Under the pieces are notes generated by a model. That model was not told the DNA's origin. It ran no database searches and saw only the letters and a program-made list of their open reading frames with translations. Below are positions 42,270 to 52,601 of a DNA stretch of 64,000 nucleotides, piece after piece. Location of the stretch: the NCBI GenBank assembly GCA_050633245.1, contig JBOEGD010000002.1:23006-87005 (forward strand), given 5' to 3'. How positions within the stretch are numbered: position 1 is the stretch's first letter; every line of letters begins with the position of its first letter. Made by a program: the position numbers and the translations under genes. The DNA is from Calditrichia bacterium. GTDB taxonomy: Bacteria; Calditrichota; Calditrichia; RBG-13-44-9; J075.

Positions 42270-44112
42270 CACCAACGATTTTGTGCGCACAACTGTTGCG
42301 CACAGTCGCCTGCTTTATTTCTACCTATTGCTGCTTTTCCCCGCCAGCTTATTAATCGCTCAACAACCTTCCGAATACACGCTTACGCTAAATAAACGCT
42401 TTATTAGCTGGTCCTGGTTAACAACGTTCAACGGCAATTACAATATTGGTCAAAACTCCACACTGGGAATTCAGAATCAATTTCGCAGCAATCTCTATCG
42501 GCAGAATGCCTCGGATGAGCGTTGGAAGGATGAGAACACCTTCGTTTTAGGTTGGGAGCGCGTGCTTAATCCCAAGCTTAGTTTGCGTTCTTACTTAAAC
42601 TCACGCATCTTTTCAGATGAGAACACATCCGTCGAATTCAATAAACATCTTCTGGCGCAGGAAGCCATGTATAAACCATCCAAACGCGTGCTCATTAAAC
42701 CTGCGCTCGGCTGGACAACCGAGCAGGCCTTCGACAATAGAGATCAGGCCATCTATACTCGATTAGGCATCCGCCTCAGCAAGTTCGACATGGGAGACTA
42801 TCGCAACTCTACCGATCTCAGTAGCGAGGTTCGATTTTTTCCAGACCGCAAAAACCAGGATCATTCTCTCTTTACCGGTTGGAACACGAACTTCTCAAAA
42901 CTCGCCAGTGATTCTCTGAGAGTCGGCTACCAATATTCCGAAAGCCGCTATTTCCTAAATCCAACCGCTACATTTTTGGAGCGTGGAATAGAGGCGCCAC
43001 AGGAACAGGTTATTATCAATACCCAGTTTCTGTTCAACCAGCTAACGTATCGCACTTCTCCCTCCGCTAATCTTGTTCTGCTTACCACTTTACGTAACCG
43101 CGCACTCGATCAAAGTAATCCCGACACGCTGTTACAACGGGAAGAATTCGCTCTTGAGAATCAATTTCAATACGTTTATGCCACACCGCGCATGCAGCTG
43201 CAAAGCGGGATTATTTTTTCGCAGACCGATCGCGATAATCCGGGCCTTTTTACCGATATAAGCTCACTTCAAACTGCCTTCTCAAATTCTCTTCAATTTA
43301 AAGTGACACCGGAACAGCGCTATTGGGCCAGACTTTCTTTCGCAAAATATGAATACAATACGCCAAACGACGGTATGGATGCCGAAGATCGCGACGAACA
43401 ACGATTTATAGTCGATACCGGTTACGCCTGGCGCATCAGCCCCTATTACAAACTGACCCTTAACGCAAATGTTTATCTGTTTCATCAGATTTACCTGCGT
43501 TCAGGGCGTAGCCAAAACAATAGCTGGAATCGCATTTTTCAATTGAGTGGCGCATTTGAGCATCGACTGGGAAGGCGCTGGACGCATCAGAGTAAGCTGA
43601 AAATTCTGGCCAACTATACGGTGTTCGACTTCGACGAATTGCTGCTAAACGTAAACAGCTTCCTGTTTCGCAAACTTATTTACTCTGATTCACTTGCCGT
43701 GGGGATTACAAAGAACCTGGAGATCAGCAGCATTTATCAATGGGAACAGGAAGACAACGGTGCTTTTTTTAAGAATAGCTTCTCGCAGCAAATCTTAAAA
43801 GAATTGTCTGCTCATTTTATCAGTATTTCTTTAAAGCATCGCAATGTATTTGGCCTGCATTTAACCAGTGGTGTTTCATTTTTTATTCGCGATGAATGGT
43901 CGTTTCGCCCGGAACGTGTAAGGGTGAGAAAGTTTCGCAGCTTTACACCAAGATTATCTCTGCTTTATCCTGCAGGGAAAAAGCTTCTGCTTTTTCTCAA
44001 TTACGCTCCAAATCGCGCACGTAATCGCACCCGCAGCAACAGCTCAACCCCGTTCTCGCTAAGTGAGCAAAACTTTACCAGTGGATCGCTAAAACTAACC
44101 TATTTATTCTAA
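42232..44112 (+). CDS. probable outer-membrane beta-barrel protein
   Basis: signal-like segment, alternating aromatic beta-strands, C-terminal LTYLF; start uncertain. Confidence 0.7.
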   Translation: MPMKRFTKSFLSSTNDFVRTTVAHSRLLYFYLLLLFPASLLIAQQPSEYTLTLNKRFISWSWLTTFNGNYNIGQNSTLGIQNQFRSNLYRQNASDERWKDENTFVLGWERVLNPKLSLRSYLNSRIFSDENTSVEFNKHLLAQEAMYKPSKRVLIKPALGWTTEQAFDNRDQAIYTRLGIRLSKFDMGDYRNSTDLSSEVRFFPDRKNQDHSLFTGWNTNFSKLASDSLRVGYQYSESRYFLNPTATFLERGIEAPQEQVIINTQFLFNQLTYRTSPSANLVLLTTLRNRALDQSNPDTLLQREEFALENQFQYVYATPRMQLQSGIIFSQTDRDNPGLFTDISSLQTAFSNSLQFKVTPEQRYWARLSFAKYEYNTPNDGMDAEDRDEQRFIVDTGYAWRISPYYKLTLNANVYLFHQIYLRSGRSQNNSWNRIFQLSGAFEHRLGRRWTHQSKLKILANYTVFDFDELLLNVNSFLFRKLIYSDSLAVGITKNLEISSIYQWEQEDNGAFFKNSFSQQILKELSAHFISISLKHRNVFGLHLTSGVSFFIRDEWSFRPERVRVRKFRSFTPRLSLLYPAGKKLLLFLNYAPNRARNRTRSNSSTPFSLSEQNFTSGSLKLTYLF

Positions 44113-44305
44113 CCTCGATTTTCTGTAACTTCATTCTCTTTCCGACATCAAAATGTTTGTAGCCTGAGAAGCCTGATTTTGCTTGACAATTCAGTGCTTT
44201 TCTGGCTAGTTTAAAGCAGAGAATAAATTTTGTGCAATTGCACAAAAGATAATTGCCCAATATGGCGATAATTGTATTCCGAAAACGCACGAAAGGATCG
44301 GATAC

Positions 44306-44650
44306 ATGATTGGTACAGATGTTGATGTAAAGGTAAGCGAACGCGCTGTTGCGCAAATCCAGAAATTAATGGAAATGGACAGCAAGCATGGCCAGGGACT
44401 GCGCGTAGGCGTAAAGTCTGGTGGATGCTCAGGCCTTAGCTATTTCATGGAATTTCAGGCTGAGCCGCTTGCAAACGACAAAGTTTTTGAATTCGATGGC
44501 GGCGTAAAGCTGTTTGTTGATGTATTTAGCGTAATGTACCTCGACGGTAGTGAGCTGGATTTTACGGATGGTTTGAACGGTACCGGTTTCGAGTGGAGTA
44601 ATCCTAATGCAGCTCGAACATGCGGCTGTGGCCAGTCTTTTTCGGCATAA
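44306..44650 (+). CDS. A-type Fe-S cluster carrier (IscA/ErpA/HesB family)
   Basis: GGCSG and NPNA..CGCGQSF. Confidence 0.95.
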   Translation: MIGTDVDVKVSERAVAQIQKLMEMDSKHGQGLRVGVKSGGCSGLSYFMEFQAEPLANDKVFEFDGGVKLFVDVFSVMYLDGSELDFTDGLNGTGFEWSNPNAARTCGCGQSFSA

Positions 44651-44662
44651 GGAGTAACAAAC

Positions 44663-44929
44663 ATGGCTGTAGCTAAAACATTGACCATTGATATCACTGA
44701 TTTTCTTGACAATGGAATCCTGCGAGAGAAAAGCTTTCGCGAGAAGGTTGGGGAAATCGACTGGCAGTCGGACTATCAAGACGCCAAGGTAGTGATTACC
44801 GGATGCGACACGGTTCCGATTCCTACATGGGCTTATATGGTGCTTGCGGCAAATTTAGCACCGCACGTGAAGCGAATTTTTTGGGGCGAGCCTTGTAGTG
44901 CTGTTCCAATTTTCGTGCGCCCCTCCTGA
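44663..44929 (+). CDS. DUF2480-like protein
   Basis: ILREKSFRE..IDW, IPTWAYM motif. Confidence 0.7.
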   Translation: MAVAKTLTIDITDFLDNGILREKSFREKVGEIDWQSDYQDAKVVITGCDTVPIPTWAYMVLAANLAPHVKRIFWGEPCSAVPIFVRPS

Positions 44930-44951
44930 ATTGACCTTTATCTGACTTTCT

Positions 44952-44984
44952 AAAAAGGCTACGCATTGCGTAGCCTTTTTTTTG
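44952..44984 (+). terminator. intrinsic terminator
   Basis: AAAAGGCTACGC-att-GCGTAGCCTTTTTTTT. Confidence 0.85.
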
Positions 44985-45025
44985 CCTGAAAATGCCTATT
45001 AGATGCTGACTTGATCGTATTTTTA

Positions 45026-45091
45026 TCACACCGGGCGAAGTCGAGGTGCTAAAAAACTCTCATTAAGGCTTTGACTCCGCTCAGCCTGACC
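45026..45091. repeat. REP-like element (GAGCGRAGTCGA / TCGACTCCGCTCA family)
   Basis: related copies near 50397, 58327, 59380-59470, 61840 and 63753-63822. Confidence 0.7.
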
Positions 45092-45302
45092 AAATTCGAT
45101 AATGAAGTTTATATGAAATATTCATGTCGAACTACTTAGTTCACCAAAATAGAAAGTATCAGCTCGTCTATAATGATATTTTTGCTTAAATGGTGCGATT
45201 TGTCACACTGACTTTCGCAAATCCCTAGCATCTTTACAGTGCTGCCGGGGGAATGTCTTGCCCCCATTTCATCCATCATTTATCATTCGTATTCCGGGAC
45301 TT

Positions 45303-46349
45303 ATGAAGTTAACGATGCCAACTTCATTCGGGTCACCATTGGACCTCAATGAAGACGTACTGACATTTGCAGGCTTAAAGGCACTCGCCTTCGATGCGAA
45401 TGGTGTTCTTAGTGCCATTTATCCAACCGGATCCCGATTTCACGGCTGGTCAGAGAAAAATCGCAGCGACTTTAACATCCACGACCATCTGCTAGTACCA
45501 AACGATCTCAGTCCGGACGCTTCCCTATTTGATATTGCAGGCTATCAAAACCTGAGACAGCTTCGCTGGTGTTCTCCAGATGGTATCGCCTCAGATCCCA
45601 AGGAAACTTTGTGGCGGGTAGAGCCGCCGAACGGCAAACCCGGTTCCGTTGTCATTTTTGTGCAGGATCGAGATCCATTAGATAAGAAATATTATTATCA
45701 GGCCAAAAATCTACCCGGTTTTTTTCACAACCTAAACGGCCCGCTTGGAACTATTATCGGACGTGCCGAATTACTTCAGCATCAACATCCCGACATAACC
45801 GGATTGGAAGCACTGATCCGCGTCAGCAATTCACTGCATCAGATGGTTCAGAATATCAGCAGCAAGGTGAATAATGAAGGCGGACACGGTATTGTGCCAA
45901 TTAGTCTTAACCGCTTGTTGCGCGATGAACTAGAATTTCTAAAGGCCGATTCCTTCTTCAAACATCAGGTTAAAACAACATTTGAGCTGGATCGTCAGGT
46001 ACCGCAGTTCGAAAGCAACTACGCGGCATTCACGGGGGTACTCGCAGAATGTTATCACCTGTTCCGCAGTCACACTGAACGCCTGAATCGCTATAGCATG
46101 CATGTAACCAGTTTTTATGAAGGCAAGCATATCGGGTTCAGTATCACCATAAATGGCGACTTCTTTGCCAATGGACAGCCGTTACCGGTAAAAATAAGTG
46201 CGAATGTCGACAATATTAAACAACTTTCACTTGCTCGCTTGGATACTGGCTTTTTAAGTTCATGCATGGAAAGTCATGATGGACAGCTCTCCTTAACCTG
46301 CAATGAAAAAGCATTCAGCTTACACTACACTTTCCCCCTCCCCGTATAG
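45303..46349 (+). CDS. degenerate histidine-kinase-like protein
   Basis: HisKA-like HNLNGPLGTIIGRAELL, but no recognisable N/G boxes. Confidence 0.6.
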   Translation: MKLTMPTSFGSPLDLNEDVLTFAGLKALAFDANGVLSAIYPTGSRFHGWSEKNRSDFNIHDHLLVPNDLSPDASLFDIAGYQNLRQLRWCSPDGIASDPKETLWRVEPPNGKPGSVVIFVQDRDPLDKKYYYQAKNLPGFFHNLNGPLGTIIGRAELLQHQHPDITGLEALIRVSNSLHQMVQNISSKVNNEGGHGIVPISLNRLLRDELEFLKADSFFKHQVKTTFELDRQVPQFESNYAAFTGVLAECYHLFRSHTERLNRYSMHVTSFYEGKHIGFSITINGDFFANGQPLPVKISANVDNIKQLSLARLDTGFLSSCMESHDGQLSLTCNEKAFSLHYTFPLPV

Positions 46350-46448
46350 TTCACGCAACACTTGCACATTGGAAATTAATGAATTATGATTGATAAATCG
46401 TAGTTGCTACCTTTGACTAATAGCAGCACGATTTTCGTTAGATGATTC

Positions 46449-48302
46449 ATGGAAAACCCAATGACCAAACGCTCGGCCAAGCTGGAAGAGAAGCTTCAAA
46501 ACCTACCCACCCAACCCGGAGTCTACCTGCACAAAAATGAGCAGGGAACGGTTATTTATGTTGGGAAAGCAAAAAACCTGCGCAGTCGGGTACGGAGTTA
46601 CTTTCAGGATCCCACCAATCTCGATCCCAAAACCAGACGGCTGGTTCCACAAATCGACGACCTGGAAACTATTATCGTCGATTCTGAAGTCGAGGCATTA
46701 ATCCTCGAAGCAAATCTGATTAAAGAACATCATCCACGCTATAATGTGGTTCTGCGAGACGACAAGTCCTATCCCTACATTCGCATTACCAGGGAGCCGT
46801 TTCCACGCGTCTTCGTTACGCGCAAAATCATCAAAGATGGCTCTAAATATCTTGGTCCATACACCGATGTAAAACATCTTCGCCATATCATAAAAAGCAT
46901 TGGAAAGATTTTCCCCATCCGTACCTGCAGGTTCTTTCTCAATGACGAGGTTATTGCAGCAAAAAAAGTGAAGCTCTGTCTTGAGTACCACATTAAACGT
47001 TGCCTTGGACCATGTGAAGGTCTTCAAAGTCAGCAAGACTACCAGGCCATGATATTGCAGGTAGAAAAGTTTTTGAAGGGTAAAACCAGAGATCTTATTC
47101 GCGAACTGCAAAGCCGGATGGAAAAAGAAGCCGCTGAGATGCACTTTGAAGAGGCTGCTCGTTTACGTGATCAGATTCAGATGATTTCCGATTATAATTT
47201 TCTGCCGCGAAAGGTTCAGCTGAACGACATGGAGGACCGCGATGTTGTTGCTATGGCGACGGAAGATGACGATGCCTGCATGGTGGTGTTTAAAATCCGC
47301 GACGGTAAGGTAATTGGTCGACAACATTACTATTTAAAAGGTGCCGGAGAAACCGAACCGGCCGACATTCTAACTGATTTTCTGCAACAGTTTTATCTGT
47401 CTGAAGATTATCTGCCAAAGCAAATTTTGCTTCCGAGCGATATTGGCGAAGAAAAAGAAGTGATGGAAAGCTGGCTGGGAAAAACTGCCGACCATCGTGT
47501 AGAATTATTCGTCCCGCAAAAAGGAGATAAGAAAAAGCTGCTCGATCTCTGCCAGAAGAATGCAAAGTTCCTACTCGGTGAACTGATGATTCAAAAGCTG
47601 AAAGCAAAAGACAAAGTCCCCTATCGCGTGGAAGAACTGCAAAAGAATCTTAACATGGAAAAACCTCCGTTGCGCATTGAGGGATTTGATATTTCAAATA
47701 TTCAGGGAACCGACGCGGTTGCCTCGATGGTTTGCTTTATGAACGGACTCCCGCGCAAAAGCGAGTATCGCATTTTCAAAATTCGCTCCAAAGACACGCC
47801 GGACGACTTTGCGATGATGCACGAGGCAGTCTGGCGCAGATATCGTCGCAGACTGGATGAAAACCAGCCGCTTCCAGATCTTATTTTGATAGATGGTGGA
47901 AAAGGGCAACTCAACAGCGCCGTTCAGGCACTACAGGAACTGGGCATTGAAAATCAGCCTATTGTTGGTTTGGCTAAACGTATGGAAGATGTGTTCGTAC
48001 CAGGAAACAGCGATCCAATGAATATCCCGAAACGTTCCGGCGCAATAAAGCTGTTGCAGCAGGTGCGGGATGAAGCGCATCGCTTTGCCGTCGGTCATTT
48101 TCGCAAGCAGCACAAAAAGAGGCTGCTCCACTCCCCCCTTGATGATATTGCCGGCGTTGGACCGTCGCGCAAAACGCATTTGTTAAAAACGTTTGGTTCA
48201 CTAAAAAAAATTCGGACTGCTACATTGGAAGAGCTGCAAACCCGCGGCAAATTGTCGCAAAAGGTTGCAGAGGCAGTTATTGATGCATTAGGTAAGACTT
48301 AA
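46449..48302 (+). CDS. uvrC: excinuclease ABC subunit C
   Basis: GIY-YIG YVGKAKNLR, UVR domain, FDIS, DGGKGQ, RDEAHRFA, HhH. Confidence 0.98.
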   Translation: MENPMTKRSAKLEEKLQNLPTQPGVYLHKNEQGTVIYVGKAKNLRSRVRSYFQDPTNLDPKTRRLVPQIDDLETIIVDSEVEALILEANLIKEHHPRYNVVLRDDKSYPYIRITREPFPRVFVTRKIIKDGSKYLGPYTDVKHLRHIIKSIGKIFPIRTCRFFLNDEVIAAKKVKLCLEYHIKRCLGPCEGLQSQQDYQAMILQVEKFLKGKTRDLIRELQSRMEKEAAEMHFEEAARLRDQIQMISDYNFLPRKVQLNDMEDRDVVAMATEDDDACMVVFKIRDGKVIGRQHYYLKGAGETEPADILTDFLQQFYLSEDYLPKQILLPSDIGEEKEVMESWLGKTADHRVELFVPQKGDKKKLLDLCQKNAKFLLGELMIQKLKAKDKVPYRVEELQKNLNMEKPPLRIEGFDISNIQGTDAVASMVCFMNGLPRKSEYRIFKIRSKDTPDDFAMMHEAVWRRYRRRLDENQPLPDLILIDGGKGQLNSAVQALQELGIENQPIVGLAKRMEDVFVPGNSDPMNIPKRSGAIKLLQQVRDEAHRFAVGHFRKQHKKRLLHSPLDDIAGVGPSRKTHLLKTFGSLKKIRTATLEELQTRGKLSQKVAEAVIDALGKT

Positions 48303-48324
48303 TTCATTATTGAAAGGAAGTATT

Positions 48325-50349
48325 ATGTATCCTCTATTTTACCGCAGGCTTAGCAGCATGCTGATCGTTTCTCTTGTGTTAGGTATTAGTTTGTATGCGC
48401 AAGACAAACTCACTCCGGAAACGCTGATGGGCCTTAAGGCCGTTTCCAGTTCGTCTATTTCACCAGATGGCAAGATGGTTGCTTATACGGTTACCGTGCC
48501 GAATATGGATACCAGCAAACCGGCTCGTGCGAAATCTGAAGTTTGGGTTCGCAATATCAAGTCAGGCGATTCTCGTCAGTTTATCGGTACACCGCTTTCC
48601 GGCAGCCGCCTCAGCTGGAGTACCGATAGCAAGCATCTCTATTTTCTGGCCAAGGTTACAACTCATAGTGCTACTACACAGGTTTATAGCATTCCGGTCG
48701 CTGGTGGAATGATGAATAACGTGACGGATCATAGTGCGGCGATTAGCAATTACAGCTGGTCTGCAGACGGAAACTGGCTGGCGTATATCTCTACCGATGC
48801 CAAGACGGCTGACGAGAAAGCAGCTATTGTTCGCGGTGAGGATTGGAAAGATTACGATACAAACTACAAATATCCGCGCCTTTATGTTATGAATGCCAAA
48901 ACCGGTGAGAGCAAGCAGATAAGCGGTGAAACCACTGCCGTTTGGGCAATGGCCTGGTCTCCGGATAACACACACTTGGCTATTCAGACCACCGACAAGC
49001 CGCTGGTTGACGAGTCGATGATGTTCGGAACGCTTCAGCGCATTTCACGAGTTGATGGTTCTACCATTCAGCTTTGTGAAACAGAAGGCAAGCTTGGCGT
49101 TATGCGGTTTTCACCGGATGGAATGCGTCTGGCATTTCTCGGCGCCACATCGCTAAACGACCCGCTTGCGCAGACGGTTTTCACCGTTCCGGCAAATGGC
49201 GGCTCGGCACTAAACATTAGTGGAGCTTCATTGATAAAAGGTTCTGCATCCACAATTAGCTGGATGAACAACAAGAATATTCTATTGCAGGCTGCAGAGG
49301 GCGCAACAACCACTCTCAGCATCCTGGCTGCAAACGGCAGCAAGCGCAAGGTTTTTCGCGACAATATTATTAAGCGCAGTCATTCGTTACATGCAAAAAG
49401 CGGAACGATTGCAGTCGTCGGCGAAACGCCGGGACACCCGCGTGAGCTTTTTATCGGCAACGTCAAGAACGGTCTGTTGAAAAAGCAGACTGATCACAAT
49501 CCAATTCTTGCGACAACAGCACTGGGACGTCAGGAAGTAATGAAGTGGAAAGCCGAAGACGGCATGGACATCGAAGGTATCCTTACCTATCCACTGAATT
49601 ACACCTCCGGAACCAGCTATCCGCTGGTGCTGCAAATTCATGGTGGACCGGAAGGCGTTAGTCAGAATGGCTGGAACACGCGCATGCTTTATCCTACTCA
49701 GCTATTGGCTGCAGAAGGTTATTTCGTGCTCGAACCAAACTATCGCGGCAGCGGTGGCTACGGCGTAGAGTTCAGCAAAGCCGATCATGATGATTTGGGC
49801 GGAAAAGAGTTTGACGACGTGCTGGCAGGAATTGATATGCTGATTGAAAAAGGCATGGTTGATGGAAGTCGCGTCGGTACCGGTGGCTGGTCTTATGGCG
49901 GATTCTTTTCTGCCTGGGCAGCAACTAAACACAGCGATCGCTTTAAAGCAGCGGCCGTTTGTGCCGGTCTCACCAACTGGATATCCTTTTCCGGAACCAC
50001 GGATATTCCTCACGAGATGGCGCTGGTTCACTGGAATCACTACTGGTACGAGCAGCGCGAACTGCATATGGATCGTTCTCCAATTTATCACATCAACAAT
50101 GCAAAAACGGCAACGCTCATTATTCACGGAGATATTGATGCCCGGGTCCATCCGGAGCAGAGCATCCAACTGTATGGCGCTTTGAAGCTGAAAAACGTAC
50201 CGACCAAGCTGGTCACCTATCCACGTGAAGGCCATGGTCTTGCAGAACGGGCTCATCAAATGCACTACATGGAGAATCTGATTAATTGGTTCAACACGTA
50301 TGTAAGAGACAGCGCTGAAACTAAGAATGATGAAGCATCGTTGAATTGA
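48325..50349 (+). CDS. S9 family peptidase (acylaminoacyl/dipeptidyl peptidase)
   Basis: PD40-like propeller, HGGP, GWSYGG, D..V, EGHG. Confidence 0.94.
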   Translation: MYPLFYRRLSSMLIVSLVLGISLYAQDKLTPETLMGLKAVSSSSISPDGKMVAYTVTVPNMDTSKPARAKSEVWVRNIKSGDSRQFIGTPLSGSRLSWSTDSKHLYFLAKVTTHSATTQVYSIPVAGGMMNNVTDHSAAISNYSWSADGNWLAYISTDAKTADEKAAIVRGEDWKDYDTNYKYPRLYVMNAKTGESKQISGETTAVWAMAWSPDNTHLAIQTTDKPLVDESMMFGTLQRISRVDGSTIQLCETEGKLGVMRFSPDGMRLAFLGATSLNDPLAQTVFTVPANGGSALNISGASLIKGSASTISWMNNKNILLQAAEGATTTLSILAANGSKRKVFRDNIIKRSHSLHAKSGTIAVVGETPGHPRELFIGNVKNGLLKKQTDHNPILATTALGRQEVMKWKAEDGMDIEGILTYPLNYTSGTSYPLVLQIHGGPEGVSQNGWNTRMLYPTQLLAAEGYFVLEPNYRGSGGYGVEFSKADHDDLGGKEFDDVLAGIDMLIEKGMVDGSRVGTGGWSYGGFFSAWAATKHSDRFKAAAVCAGLTNWISFSGTTDIPHEMALVHWNHYWYEQRELHMDRSPIYHINNAKTATLIIHGDIDARVHPEQSIQLYGALKLKNVPTKLVTYPREGHGLAERAHQMHYMENLINWFNTYVRDSAETKNDEASLN

Positions 50350-50466
50350 TAAGCTAAATGACGGCAGATAAAAGACGGCATTGGCCAACATTTTCCGTTC
50401 CCCGAGCGAAGTCGAGGGGGAGGGTTGGCTCGGAATATCGCGTCTCTTCGGAAAAAACAATAAACT

Positions 50467-50865
50467 ATGAAAAAAGCAACCATACTTTTCGACGGCGTTT
50501 GCAATCTGTGCAATAACTCAGTCACGTTTATTATTGAGCGTGATCCATCCGGTTATTTTCAGTTTGGCGCACTGCAGTCGGATGAGGCAGCGGAATTGCT
50601 AAAAAAGCAGACCGGTGGACAATCTCTGCCGGACTCGATCGTTCTTATCGATAAAAAGGGTCTGCATACTCGCTCGACCGCTGCTCTGCGTATAGCACGG
50701 CATCTCAGTGGTCTGTGGCCGCTTCTCTATACCTTCAGCATAATACCAGCGCCAATCCGCGACATTGTTTATAACTGGATTGCCAAAAACCGCTACAACT
50801 GGTTTGGTAAACAGGATAGCTGCATGCTTCCAACGCCGGAATTGCAGCAGCGATTTTTATCGTAA
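50467..50865 (+). CDS. DCC family thiol-disulfide oxidoreductase (DUF393)
   Basis: FDGVCNLC, YxWIAKNRY. Confidence 0.92.
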   Translation: MKKATILFDGVCNLCNNSVTFIIERDPSGYFQFGALQSDEAAELLKKQTGGQSLPDSIVLIDKKGLHTRSTAALRIARHLSGLWPLLYTFSIIPAPIRDIVYNWIAKNRYNWFGKQDSCMLPTPELQQRFLS

Positions 50866-50929
50866 TGTTTCACGGTTTTTATTACGTTTCACGGACAGTG
50901 CAACATATATTGGGTTTACAATTCTGCTA

Positions 50930-51113
50930 CATCGGGCGACTTGTCAGGGAAGCGTTCGATGTGATTATGGTGCCCTGAGGAAAGGAGGTGACCTATCTAT
51001 AGTAGCAATTTGATGGGAGCCTCCGGTGCAACTCGCTAGCACCGGGTTTTGATACCGATGCTCCCTATCGGTCTAGATGCCTCGCCGGACTTTCCGGCGA
51101 GGCTTTTTTTATT
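50930..51113 (+). ncRNA. candidate structured RNA with extended SD-like sequence and terminator
   Basis: TCAGGG..CCCTGA stem, AAAGGAGGTGA, nested GATGGGAGC..GCTCCCTATC stem, GCCTCGCCGGA-CTT-TCCGGCGAGGC-T7 terminator. Confidence 0.5.
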
Positions 51114-51149
51114 TCAGAACATCAAGACATCGAAGAGTTTAGTCTTTTA

Positions 51150-51305
51150 CTAAATTCACTACATCCTGTTTATCCATGCTCGAATCATGTTCTTATCTAT
51201 CTCATCCATGTTCATATCTATCCCATCCATGTTTCTGTCTATCCCACTCATCCATGTTCTTATCTATCTCATCCATGTTTCTGTCTATCCCACTCATCCA
51301 TGTTA
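51150..51305 (-). repeat. 3'-UTR array of ACAUGGAUG motifs (21/25-nt units)
   Basis: minus strand: five AACATGGATG, one ACAGGATGT, one CATGGATA immediately after the stop at 51309. Confidence 0.8.
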
Positions 51306-51308
51306 ATG

Positions 51309-52601
51309 CTACTTACGCAAATCAAGACACATCATCTTACTCTGATCGCGCACGATTAACATGCCTTCTACAATTGCCATCGGGGCCCAAATATTGGGAC
51401 GAGTCAACAGCTTATGCCGCGCCAGCTCCTGATAGCCTTCGGGAGATGGTGAAATCGCCACAAAGTCCCCGGTGCGATTATCGATCATAAATAGCTTGTT
51501 ATCTGCCAACAGCATGGCGCTACGTCCGAAATTCGGTTTGCGCTTGCTTTCCCACAAAATTTTGCCATCAAGCGTCATGCAGGTAAGACCATTATTGGTG
51601 CGATTATCATTTCCGTTGAAATAGAGGTGATCTTTATAGAGGATTGGGGGGTGAATCTGCACTTTTGGTTCTTCGAGACGAAATAACTCTTTTGCGGTGA
51701 AACCAGCGTCAGATTTTTTCACTTCGATCATTACCTGCGCTGCATTGTAGCCGCCGGTTAGGAATAATCTGTTTTCACCAACTTTTACAGCAGGAGGAAT
51801 AGCAATGCCACATTTAAAGTCCGCGAAGCTCCAAAGTTTTTTACCCGTCATCGGATCAAGCGCAACCACGCCTCCGCCGGGCACAAGGGAACGCGCTGCA
51901 ACAGCCTCTTCAGCCGGCTCCCAATTAGACGACGTTACCTGGACGATCATATCGGTACCATCGATAGTAACAAGTGATGGAGAAGAATAGCCGTTACTCT
52001 CCGATAGCTGCTGCGTTTGCCAGGCGATTTTGCCGCTTTTGCGATTAAATGCCACGGTGCCGCTCTTCTCGCCCTGCGGAGAAACAATCACCAGATCTTT
52101 ATACACCAGCGGAGATTGACTAAATGCCCAGCGCGGCAGCTCCTGAGCGTCCGCCTCCATAAAGGCATGACTCCACAGCAGCTTCTGCGTCTTTATATCG
52201 ACGCAATACAGCGTGCCCATCGCGCCCATTGCATAAACGTGGTTTCCTGCTACCGTCGCCGTAGCGCGGGAACCATCATAATCGAACGTTCCGGTTGAAG
52301 GGAAATCGATACTCCAGACATCTTTACCGGTTTTCAAATCGATAGATCGCAGCACGTCTTTCTCTCCACTCACACGATCGAGCAGATAGACCTTGCCATC
52401 CACCACAGCCGGTCCTGCATAACCTGCACCGACTTCAGTTTCCCAAAGCACTTTCGGACCTTCTTCACCCCAATTTACGTTAAGCGGGGTATTATCACCG
52501 ATGGCATTGCCATTTGGCCCGAGGAACTTTGGCCAGTCTTCGGCGGTAACTGTCATTGAACATGCAACAAGCAGCAAAAAAGCAAGAATGCGATTGAGCA
52601 T
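51309..52601 (-). CDS. PQQ-like beta-propeller repeat protein (secreted)
   Basis: signal peptide, DWPKFLGPNGN, repeated GKxxW motifs. Confidence 0.88.
   Translation of the reverse strand: MLNRILAFLLLVACSMTVTAEDWPKFLGPNGNAIGDNTPLNVNWGEEGPKVLWETEVGAGYAGPAVVDGKVYLLDRVSGEKDVLRSIDLKTGKDVWSIDFPSTGTFDYDGSRATATVAGNHVYAMGAMGTLYCVDIKTQKLLWSHAFMEADAQELPRWAFSQSPLVYKDLVIVSPQGEKSGTVAFNRKSGKIAWQTQQLSESNGYSSPSLVTIDGTDMIVQVTSSNWEPAEEAVAARSLVPGGGVVALDPMTGKKLWSFADFKCGIAIPPAVKVGENRLFLTGGYNAAQVMIEVKKSDAGFTAKELFRLEEPKVQIHPPILYKDHLYFNGNDNRTNNGLTCMTLDGKILWESKRKPNFGRSAMLLADNKLFMIDNRTGDFVAISPSPEGYQELARHKLLTRPNIWAPMAIVEGMLIVRDQSKMMCLDLRK

Noticed and set aside
49702-50460. 252-aa minus-strand ORF (likewise 59952-60725 and 4303-4938)
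   Set aside because: Antisense to well-supported genes, with no recognisable motifs
51150-51305. Possible CRISPR array
   Set aside because: Units are only 21-25 nt, the 'spacers' themselves repeat, and no cas genes are present
51176-51490. 104-aa ORF with LSH/LSI repeats
   Set aside because: Translation artefact of the GGA array and antisense overlap with the PQQ-propeller gene
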